Notes under the pieces: model-generated
The model's input: only the letters and a program-made list of their open reading frames with translations
What the model was told of the DNA's origin: nothing
Database searches by the model: none
Program-made: the position numbers and the translations under genes
Source: an uncultured Erysipelotrichaceae bacterium
Lineage (GTDB): Bacteria > Bacillota_I > Bacilli_A > Erysipelotrichales > Erysipelotrichaceae
Assembly (NCBI GenBank): GCA_964457525.1
Contig: CAYWGS010000083.1
Location: 1 to 6,522, forward strand
Length of the DNA stretch: 6,522 nt
Direction: 5' to 3'
In this document: piece after piece, positions 1-6,522 of the stretch
Layout of the letters: the number at the start of each line of letters is the position of its first letter
Numbering within the stretch: position 1 is the stretch's first letter

Positions 1-31
1 TTTTTCGAAAATATTTATGAAAATGTTTTCA

Positions 32-1999
32 TTACTGATTTAGATACTTATCCATCCACTCTGTTATCTCAGTTAATCTCAACATTCTTGCTTTTGGTTT
101 CCCTGTTCTTGATAAATCATGGTTCTCATTGTGGAATAAAACCATTTTTGAGTCCACTTTTTTATGCTTTAAAGCAGTTAATAATTGATAACCTTGTTCA
201 ACTGGGCAGCGATAATCTTTTGCGGAATGAATAATTAGAGTAGGAGTTTTCATTTTACTTACATATTTCAATGGTGAATGGAACCATAGTTTTTCATAGT
301 CTTCATCGCGATTGAATTGAGTACCACCTTGATCTAATGCAAAATAGTATCCTATGTCAGATGTTCCATAGAAAGATAACCAGTTACAAATCGAGCGTTG
401 TGTTGCGGCACATTTGAAACGATTGGTATGTCCAATAATCCAATTGGTCATAAAACCACCATAAGATCCACCGGTTACACCCATATTATTGGTATCGACT
501 GAATACACTTTAATAACTTTATCAACGAAATCCATAATATCTTCATAATCAATGGTTCCGTATTTACCTCTAATATCCGAGAATTCATTTCCTTTACCAT
601 CTGAACCTCTTGGATTACAATAAGCCACAATGTAACCTTTATTTACCCAAACTTGCATTTCATGATAATACACCTCACCATAAACCGTCTTTGGGCCGCC
701 ATGAATATCTAAAATGAATGGATATTTTTGTGCTGAATCATAGTTTTCAGGTAATAAAACCCATCCATCCACATTATGTGTCTTTTTATCGACTGAAAAT
801 TTCTGTGGTTTAGCTCGATAGAAATTATCAAACACATTAACATTAAACTGAGTTGTTGGGATAAGTTTATCATCCTTGAGTTGAACAATTTCTTGTGCAT
901 CTTGATTAAATAATCCAGATAGATAGAGTTCATTATTGATGAATGAGAACCCATCAATGGATCCTGGCGCATCATAACTAAATTCTATGTTCGCATTCTC
1001 ATCTAGTCTAAGTAATCGTGAATGATCTTCTACTGTTAAAGTTAAATAGAGTTTATCATTCACAACTTGCATTAACTCTGAACCAGGTAAACGAATATCA
1101 GATCCAATAGAATTACCAATTGAATAAAAAGGGTCTAGTTTTTGTTCAAAATGATTGTCTACGAGTTTATAAATTCTTGAGTTCTCATTCAAACCTAATA
1201 ATTTACCGTCATGTGCTAAAACTAGAATGGAGTCTTTGACTATCTTAAATCCATAGAGCAAATACTTTTCTTTGGTTAATTGATTAATCTTAAATGTGCT
1301 TAGATCGAGTTCAAACATTTCAGAATCAAGTTTCTCAACATGCTTAAATGTTTGTCCGATAAAAATAGCACGATTATTTTTTAAATCGATTTCGAATTGT
1401 TGTACACTGAAATTCTTATCTGTTAATGCTGTTAATTGGTTATTGGTTTCATCAAACAAGAATAGACGATTTCTTGAATAAACTGTATAGTCACCCCCAT
1501 TTGTATAGAAAGGTATTTCATTAATTTCTGTAAAGAACTCTTTTTCTTTTTCAGAAGCATAATGTTTATCTAAATTTTCAGTTTTATCTTTATATTGATT
1601 TGGATAACGTAAATCACACGACGCCGTTAATAAGTACTTATGATCATCTAATTTCTTAATTGATCCTACAGATAAAGGAATTGTAAATGCTTTTGTTGCT
1701 TCTCCACCATTAACTGAAATCTTAAAGAAATCTGTCTTTGGATAATTGGACTCTTCTTTTAAACGTGGTGATGAAAATAAAATTGTTTCATCATCCAACC
1801 AGATTGAGAATGACTCTTGATTCATTCCAGTTAATTGGATTAAACGATTTTCATCTTTAACCCAGATATTGCTTTCATACTTATCTTTCTTTAAATCAGT
1901 TGTTGCGACAGAGAAAGAAAAGCTCTTTTGATTTGGACTTGTTTTTAAGTTACCAATAAATTTAAACTTCAACCAATGATCTAATGCAATTTTTTCCAT
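32..1999 (-). CDS. S9 family serine peptidase (prolyl oligopeptidase / acylaminoacyl-peptidase / dipeptidyl-peptidase type), with an N-terminal beta-propeller-like region and a C-terminal alpha/beta-hydrolase domain
   Basis: The ORF is 655 aa with ATG at 1999 and TAA at 34..32. A strong SD (AAGGAG, 2010..2005) sits 5 nt upstream of the ATG. The nucleophile elbow VTGGSYGGF is present, with the Ser512 codon at 464..466. Asp595 in HSAKDYRCP (codon 215..217) and His627 in NENHDL (codon 119..121) follow at the Ser-Asp-His spacing typical of S9 enzymes. The N-terminus MEKIALDHWLKF has no signal peptide or TM segment, so the protein is probably cytoplasmic. Confidence 0.9.
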   Translation of the reverse strand: MEKIALDHWLKFKFIGNLKTSPNQKSFSFSVATTDLKKDKYESNIWVKDENRLIQLTGMNQESFSIWLDDETILFSSPRLKEESNYPKTDFFKISVNGGEATKAFTIPLSVGSIKKLDDHKYLLTASCDLRYPNQYKDKTENLDKHYASEKEKEFFTEINEIPFYTNGGDYTVYSRNRLFLFDETNNQLTALTDKNFSVQQFEIDLKNNRAIFIGQTFKHVEKLDSEMFELDLSTFKINQLTKEKYLLYGFKIVKDSILVLAHDGKLLGLNENSRIYKLVDNHFEQKLDPFYSIGNSIGSDIRLPGSELMQVVNDKLYLTLTVEDHSRLLRLDENANIEFSYDAPGSIDGFSFINNELYLSGLFNQDAQEIVQLKDDKLIPTTQFNVNVFDNFYRAKPQKFSVDKKTHNVDGWVLLPENYDSAQKYPFILDIHGGPKTVYGEVYYHEMQVWVNKGYIVAYCNPRGSDGKGNEFSDIRGKYGTIDYEDIMDFVDKVIKVYSVDTNNMGVTGGSYGGFMTNWIIGHTNRFKCAATQRSICNWLSFYGTSDIGYYFALDQGGTQFNRDEDYEKLWFHSPLKYVSKMKTPTLIIHSAKDYRCPVEQGYQLLTALKHKKVDSKMVLFHNENHDLSRTGKPKARMLRLTEITEWMDKYLNQ

Positions 2000-2004
2000 A
2001 ATTT

Positions 2005-2010
2005 CTCCTT
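2005..2010 (-). promoter_or_regulatory. Shine-Dalgarno site for the S9 peptidase gene
   Basis: The minus strand reads AAGGAG-AAATT-ATG, a 5-nt spacer to ATG 1999. Confidence 0.8.
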
Positions 2011-2013
2011 TAT

Positions 2014-2032
2014 AAAAAGCCCGAATGGGCTT
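2014..2032 (-). terminator. Short hairpin plus T-run between pepF and the S9 gene; a candidate weak intrinsic terminator, attenuator or mRNA-stabilising stem
   Basis: The minus strand reads TAAGCCC-ATTC-GGGCTTTTTAT. The stem AAGCCC/GGGCTT is 6 bp (4 GC) with a 4-nt loop. It starts inside the pepF TAA stop codon and is followed by a T-run (5 T counted from the GGGC core), then directly by the SD of the next gene. The stem and U-tract are shorter than in a classical strong terminator. Confidence 0.35.
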
Positions 2033-3848
2033 ATTTACTTCCTTCTAATTCAATTTGATTGGTTAATTCTTCAATCTCATCAATCATATTAGAAATGAAG
2101 CGAATGGTTTCCATGAGTGGTTTTTCAGTCGTAATATCCACATCAACCATTTGAGCTAATTCAACCGGTGTCTTTGTACCACCCGCTTTTAAGACATCTA
2201 ACCATTTATTAATTAGAGTTTCATCTTTTAATAGATTTTGACTAACTATAGTCGCAACAGTTAAGCCTGCACTATATGTATAAGGATAGAGGCCCATATA
2301 ATAATGAGGTTGTCTCATCCAAGTGAGCTCAGCACCTTCATTAATTTCAACCGCATCTCCCCAGAATTGGGTAAGAACATCTTTCTTGATTTGACTTAAA
2401 CGAGCTGCTACAACCGATTGGCCTTGATCTACTAAACGATATACTTCTCTTTGATATGCTGCTTCAAGCAAATGTGTCACAAAGTTATGATAGTAGGTGC
2501 GACTTACCATACTTGATAAAACCCAACGTTTCATACGAGGATCATCACTGGTCTTCATAAGGTAATTCGCCATTAACATTTCATTCATTGTGGATGGTGC
2601 TTCGATAAAGTAAAGTGATGGTCTTGTATTTAGAATATTTTGATGTTCATTCGCAAGATAGAAGTGTCCTGCATGGCCTAATTCATGCGCTAATACAAAG
2701 CATTCTCTCATTCTTTCTGTCCAGCTGATAAGAACATATGGATGTGAACCATAAGGTGAACTGCAGAATGCCCCTGTACTCTTACCCGTATTTTGAACAA
2801 AATCAATCCATCTTTCATCAAATGCACGATGTATCATCTTTCCATAATCTTCACCTAATACAGACAAACCTTTTAAAATATAGTCTCTAGCTTCATTTAC
2901 CGTAATTGCAGGTTCAAAATCAGGATCAACTGAAATCTTTAAATCCGCAAAGGTCATCTTATCTAACTTATGAATTCGTTGAAGAAGTTTAGCATACTTG
3001 CGCATAGGAGCAGCTAATTCACGCATAATCACATCTATTTGACGATTGTATAAGTCTTGATCAACTTTTTGTTCAAATAATAATGAATCAATTACAGATG
3101 GGAATCCACGTAAATCTGATAGTACTTTTTCTTTTTGAATTTGAGTTTGATACGCTGATGCAATGGTATTTTTATATTGATCTAACTGTTTACTAAATGC
3201 ATCAAATGCAGTTCTACGAAGTACAGTATTGGAATCATATTCCCATTCTCCTTCAAACAATACAAAACTTAATGGATGTTCAACTCCATCGACTTCAAAT
3301 GGCTTAAACTTTAAGTCGGATAGTTTTGCTTGGTTGTAAATAAAATAAGGCGATTCTAGCGTAGGACTTAATGCCGCAAGAGTTTTCTCAACTTCAGGAT
3401 GTAATAAATGTGCTTTAAAACGTAAAATATCTTCCAGATAGTACGCATTCTCTGGGCTTAAAGCAATTGCGGCTTGAATATTTTCTTCAGAGTTAAAACT
3501 AATTTCATTCTCAATAAAACTTAATAAACTTCCAACTTGAGCAGAAATTGATCTAAAGTTCATCATTCGTTGAAGATTTTCACTATTTGATTGATCTTCA
3601 GATACAGATAGACTTGAGTATGTCCCTACCAATACCATTAACTGACTCACTTCTTTAAGTGCATCAATACATGCATTAATCTTTTCAGCAGAATCAATTT
3701 TACCTTTAAAGTTATCATTTAATAATTGAGCTTTAGGTAAGATTTGATTTAACGTTTCATTGTATGCATTCGTATCCTTAAACAATGCAGTCAAATCCCA
3801 TGTAAAATTCACATCAACTTCGGAACGACTTAAAATTTTCTTTGCCAT
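2031..3848 (-). CDS. pepF: Oligoendopeptidase F, M3B family zinc metallopeptidase
   Basis: The ORF is 605 aa, a typical PepF length. The zinc motif LAHELGHAGHFY is present (HELGH = residues 388-392, nt 2673..2687), with a downstream FIEAPSTMNE region that could supply the third Glu ligand. The N-terminus has the PepF-like pattern SRSEVDVNFTWDLTALF. The SD AGGAGG at 3859..3854 lies 5 nt upstream of the ATG. There is no signal peptide. Confidence 0.9.
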   Translation of the reverse strand: MAKKILSRSEVDVNFTWDLTALFKDTNAYNETLNQILPKAQLLNDNFKGKIDSAEKINACIDALKEVSQLMVLVGTYSSLSVSEDQSNSENLQRMMNFRSISAQVGSLLSFIENEISFNSEENIQAAIALSPENAYYLEDILRFKAHLLHPEVEKTLAALSPTLESPYFIYNQAKLSDLKFKPFEVDGVEHPLSFVLFEGEWEYDSNTVLRRTAFDAFSKQLDQYKNTIASAYQTQIQKEKVLSDLRGFPSVIDSLLFEQKVDQDLYNRQIDVIMRELAAPMRKYAKLLQRIHKLDKMTFADLKISVDPDFEPAITVNEARDYILKGLSVLGEDYGKMIHRAFDERWIDFVQNTGKSTGAFCSSPYGSHPYVLISWTERMRECFVLAHELGHAGHFYLANEHQNILNTRPSLYFIEAPSTMNEMLMANYLMKTSDDPRMKRWVLSSMVSRTYYHNFVTHLLEAAYQREVYRLVDQGQSVVAARLSQIKKDVLTQFWGDAVEINEGAELTWMRQPHYYMGLYPYTYSAGLTVATIVSQNLLKDETLINKWLDVLKAGGTKTPVELAQMVDVDITTEKPLMETIRFISNMIDEIEELTNQIELEGSK

Positions 3849-3853
3849 TTTAC

Positions 3854-3859
3854 CCTCCT
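3854..3859 (-). promoter_or_regulatory. Shine-Dalgarno site for pepF, overlapping the MFS stop codon
   Basis: The minus strand reads T-AGGAGG-GTAAA-ATG. The TAG stop of the MFS ORF (3860..3858) shares its AG with the SD. This geometry is consistent with translational coupling. Confidence 0.8.
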
Positions 3860-5093
3860 AGATCTTTCGATTATAAACTTGAGCAATAGAAACTCGATTC
3901 TTTAAGACAATAAATACAAAGGCCAATAGCGACATAATATTCATTCCCAATACAATATATTGATAATCAAACAACTCTCCAAGATATCCAGATAATAAAC
4001 GACCGATTAACATCCCTATGGTTGTCATAATATGGAAGATGCCATTGACTCTTCCTCTCTTCTCCGTAGGGACATAGCTTTGAACAGCAGACATTCGAAT
4101 ATTATATGAGTTGATGGATAAAATACCGATAATGAACTGAATTATAAGCATTGAAATATAGTTTAGAAATAATAATGAGCCATTTAGAAAATTTAAGCTA
4201 AAGTAAACAATAGCCGCAATCATGAATCGTTTCTCAGCCTTAATCTTTGAAACATAATGTAACATACCACCAAACATTCTTCCTGCAGTTGCGAACGAAA
4301 CAAGAAGTGCATATTGTTTAACATCTAGATTTGGACTGTTTTCAAAGAATGGATATAACAATACATCGATCGCTTGTCCTGCCATTTGTAAAAAGAAGAA
4401 AAAGACAAATACCGATAGAATCCCTTGTTCACTCTTTAAGTAATCTATTCCCTCCTTAATCATCCCTTTAAAACTAGTCAATTGAGATTTGTGATGTTGG
4501 ACAGATTTCTCATCAATGCGAATCTGGGTTTCAAAACAAGCAGCGATAAAAAGTAGGATTGCTTCTATCAAGAAGATAAATGAAACACCATACTGTTCAA
4601 AAATTAGCGCAGCTATTGGAAACATTATCGTATTAACAGTTGGATAAATCAATGAGCTAACTGCATAACCTTTTTGAATTTGTCCCTCAGGGATAAGTTC
4701 TGGAAAGAAACTTTCATAGGTAATACTATAAATAACACCATTGATACTAACAAGCAAGGAAACAAATAAATAAAAAGTATAATCAAAGAAACCATCTCGT
4801 GTAATATACGCAATGATAAAGAAGATCGTAGACATTAAGAAATCAGAAAAATAGATAATCTTTCTTCTAGGAAATCGGTCAATTAATGGCCCGATGAATA
4901 AAGGTAAAACAAAATTTGGTATCATTGAAACCGACGCAAATATCGCGGTTAACATGGTTGAGGATGTCTTATCGTAGATTAAAACACTAAGGGCAAAATT
5001 AAGTCCTACTCCACCAATCGCAGAGATTACTGTTCCCCAGGTAATAATCGTAAAATTTTTAGACCACAACGAATTTTTCATATTCAACTCCAT
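3858..5093 (-). CDS. MFS transporter, DHA3 / MFS_3-like (Mef/EntS-type 12-TM efflux family); substrate unknown
   Basis: The ORF is 411 aa and hydrophobic throughout, with roughly 12 predicted TM stretches. The N-terminal half matches the MFS_3 pattern (LWSKNFTIITWGTVISAIGG ... LPLFIGPLIDRFPRRKIIYFSDF). The listed coordinates are the maximal ORF starting at ATG 5093, which has no SD upstream. A second in-frame ATG at 5081 (MKNSLWSKNF) has GGAG at 5091..5088 with a 6-nt spacer and is the more likely true start, giving 407 aa. Confidence 0.85.
   Translation of the reverse strand: MELNMKNSLWSKNFTIITWGTVISAIGGVGLNFALSVLIYDKTSSTMLTAIFASVSMIPNFVLPLFIGPLIDRFPRRKIIYFSDFLMSTIFFIIAYITRDGFFDYTFYLFVSLLVSINGVIYSITYESFFPELIPEGQIQKGYAVSSLIYPTVNTIMFPIAALIFEQYGVSFIFLIEAILLFIAACFETQIRIDEKSVQHHKSQLTSFKGMIKEGIDYLKSEQGILSVFVFFFFLQMAGQAIDVLLYPFFENSPNLDVKQYALLVSFATAGRMFGGMLHYVSKIKAEKRFMIAAIVYFSLNFLNGSLLFLNYISMLIIQFIIGILSINSYNIRMSAVQSYVPTEKRGRVNGIFHIMTTIGMLIGRLLSGYLGELFDYQYIVLGMNIMSLLAFVFIVLKNRVSIAQVYNRKI
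5088..5091 (-). promoter_or_regulatory. Candidate short Shine-Dalgarno (GGAG) serving the internal ATG at 5081 of the MFS ORF
   Basis: The minus strand reads AT-GGAG-TTGAAT-ATG. It is only a 4-nt core, but it is the only SD-like element near either candidate start. Confidence 0.5.
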
Positions 5094-5108
5094 ACGCTAA
5101 CGTATTTA

Positions 5109-6522
5109 CTACGATTGACTTTCAATCATTCTGGCATATATTTCATCCAAATCATGGCTCAATCGAACACCATTATTTTCAACGATAAATATTTTGTCAT
5201 ATTTCTCTAAATGATCTTTAAAGATGATATGACTTACATTTATAATCGTTTTATTTAAACTTAACAAATCCCTTTCGATATCATGCGCAACCGATTGTTC
5301 AAGATTCGCAAAAATTTCATCACATAAAATAACATCCGTATTTAAACAGATTGAACGGGCTAACATGAGTCTTGCACGTTGTCCACCGGATACATTGGAT
5401 CCATTGTTCATCAGTTTTAGATTTAAATCTAAACTACTTAGTCCAACACGATTCAAAGCACCTAACATGATCTCATCATCTAGCTTTTGATATAAGCATA
5501 AGTTATCTCTTACCGTTCCATTGAAGATAAACCCAATTTGATCAACTGCAGAAAATAAGCTGTAATAATCAATTGGTACAATTTCAAATATATTTGTATT
5601 GTCTAGTTTTACGAGCCCTTTCTTAGGTTCGATGGATTGACGAATTGTTTTGAGTATGGTGCTTTTACCAGTTCCACTACGCCCAACAATTAATACTTTC
5701 TCATTCTTCTCAATCGACATAGTTACATCTTGTAATACAACATTCACATCATCTTCGTAGCCTAAGTCCGTTGATTCAAATTTGAGTGAATCAAACTTAG
5801 AAACTGAATATGGACGATTGTATGTTGGACGAGTTAAGTTTGTAATAAAATCCTTCAAAACCTGACTAATCCCCTTCATCTGTGATATCACATATGAGAA
5901 TTCTTGAAGTGGCCACATAATATGACTAAAACTTGAAACGATGACGATAATACTTCCTAAACTCACTGCAGTTGATTTAGCGTATAAAATACCTGCAGTA
6001 ATCAAACCGAATAAAACAAATGTTTGAACAAAATTATTAAATGCATCAATTTGAGTCGTTTTCACATCCACTGCATAGTTATCATTTTGAACTGATTTTG
6101 CCTTTTGGAAGAAATTTTCATAACGAACTCCTTCGAGTTGGTGTTGCTTAATGATATCGTACCCATTTAATGTTTCTTGGATGAAGTCTGTGTATTGTTG
6201 TAAGGATTCAGATTTCTTCTTCTCAGTTTTTTGTACAGGTTTACTTGTCTTCGATGATAACGTAACAAATATACCTAACAAGATAAACGCAATTACAACA
6301 AGGTAAACATTTACTGTCGCAATTAATACAACTGCCATTAAGAAGTTTAAAACCATTTCTATTAAACGAAGAATGTTCTTTAGATACTTGTCTTCATAGC
6401 GATCAAAATCATTCGTTAGATTGGATAAATATTTGGGTGTTTGGTCTTTCTGTAATTGAGTAATATCTTGTTCCAACAATTGATCAATATATCTAGCTTT
6501 CATAAGATTTAAACTCTTATTC
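5109..6522 (-). CDS. ABC exporter, fused transmembrane domain plus ATP-binding domain (type I exporter half-transporter); 5'-partial at the window edge
   Basis: NBD motifs are present: Walker A GRSGTGKST (nt 5658..5684), Q-loop VDQIGF, signature VSGGQ (5379..5393), Walker B DVILCDE with the D-loop position reading ANLE (5298..5333), and H-loop NVSHI. Only about 4 TM helices precede the NBD, and Walker A sits at about residue 274 rather than about 370-380 as in full-length homologues. The frame stays open upstream of the Met at 6503 (reads ..NKSLNL-MKARY) to nt 6522. That Met is therefore almost certainly internal, and about 100 aa (TM1-TM2) lie outside the window. Confidence 0.9.
   Translation of the reverse strand, partial: NKSLNLMKARYIDQLLEQDITQLQKDQTPKYLSNLTNDFDRYEDKYLKNILRLIEMVLNFLMAVVLIATVNVYLVVIAFILLGIFVTLSSKTSKPVQKTEKKKSESLQQYTDFIQETLNGYDIIKQHQLEGVRYENFFQKAKSVQNDNYAVDVKTTQIDAFNNFVQTFVLFGLITAGILYAKSTAVSLGSIIVIVSSFSHIMWPLQEFSYVISQMKGISQVLKDFITNLTRPTYNRPYSVSKFDSLKFESTDLGYEDDVNVVLQDVTMSIEKNEKVLIVGRSGTGKSTILKTIRQSIEPKKGLVKLDNTNIFEIVPIDYYSLFSAVDQIGFIFNGTVRDNLCLYQKLDDEIMLGALNRVGLSSLDLNLKLMNNGSNVSGGQRARLMLARSICLNTDVILCDEIFANLEQSVAHDIERDLLSLNKTIINVSHIIFKDHLEKYDKIFIVENNGVRLSHDLDEIYARMIESQS

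Noticed and set aside
709-975. An 88-aa minus-strand ORF from the ORF track
   Set aside because: It lies entirely inside the S9 peptidase gene in a different frame, has no SD, and its composition (Met/Ile/Leu/Ser-rich) is what off-frame reading of AT-rich coding DNA produces. It is a spurious overlapping ORF.
1296-1481. A 61-aa plus-strand ORF antisense to the S9 peptidase gene
   Set aside because: It has no SD upstream of its ATG and is fully antisense to a well-supported CDS. Its Ser/Leu/Asn-rich, low-complexity sequence is typical of antisense frames. There is no evidence of a real gene.
2009-2014. A TATAAA -10-like hexamer upstream of the S9 peptidase gene
   Set aside because: It lies only about 10 nt from the ATG and overlaps the SD. 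A transcript starting downstream of it would lack the ribosome-binding site, and I could not find a convincing -35 at appropriate spacing. It is most likely just the AT-rich tail of the hairpin and T-run.
6501-6503. The Met at 6503 as the true start of the ABC transporter
   Set aside because: The frame is open upstream to the window edge, the 19 nt available show no SD, and the protein would lack the first two TM helices of the exporter fold. I treat it as an internal Met of a 5'-partial gene.
3858-6522. A mef/msr(D)-like macrolide resistance pair (MFS plus ABC)
   Set aside because: In mef-msr(D) the ABC partner is a soluble ABC-F protein with two NBDs and no membrane domain, encoded downstream of the MFS. 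Here the ABC protein is a TMD-NBD exporter encoded upstream. The resemblance is superficial, and no resistance call is justified.
1-6522. A Mollicutes-type genetic code (TGA = Trp), suggested by the very AT-rich composition
   Set aside because: All four long ORFs are intact under the standard code, use TGG for their many Trp residues, and terminate with TAA or TAG. There is no sign of in-frame TGA usage, so code 11 is appropriate.
1-6522. A defence island, mobile element, CRISPR array, toxin-antitoxin pair or other accessory system
   Set aside because: There are no transposase, integrase or recombinase-like ORFs, no terminal inverted or direct repeats, no repeat-spacer periodicity, no small paired ORFs and no visible compositional break. 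About 99 percent of the window is occupied by four recognisable transporter and peptidase genes.

Overview
This is an AT-rich bacterial window that is almost entirely coding. It uses the standard genetic code: Trp is TGG and no long ORF contains an in-frame TGA. Four long ORFs all lie on the minus strand, separated by gaps of only 15, 9 and 31 nt, so the layout looks like a single operon read from right to left. In transcription order they are: (1) a fused permease/ATPase ABC exporter whose 5' end runs off the right edge of the window; (2) a 12-TM MFS transporter of the DHA3/MFS_3 type; (3) an M3B oligoendopeptidase F (PepF) with an HELGH zinc motif; (4) an S9 (prolyl-oligopeptidase family) serine peptidase with a GGSYGG nucleophile elbow and a Ser512/Asp595/His627 triad. 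Small signals visible in the sequence are Shine-Dalgarno sites, one of which overlaps the MFS stop codon, a short GC-cored hairpin with a T-run between pepF and the S9 gene, and some short AT-rich palindromes. I found no rRNA, tRNA, CRISPR array, transposase, integrase, long repeat or sizeable non-coding region. I do not see convincing evidence for a novel system. The only system-level observation is the tight linkage of two different exporters with two cytoplasmic oligopeptidases, which I rate as modestly interesting and unproven. All family assignments come from motif recognition by eye, and no database search was run.
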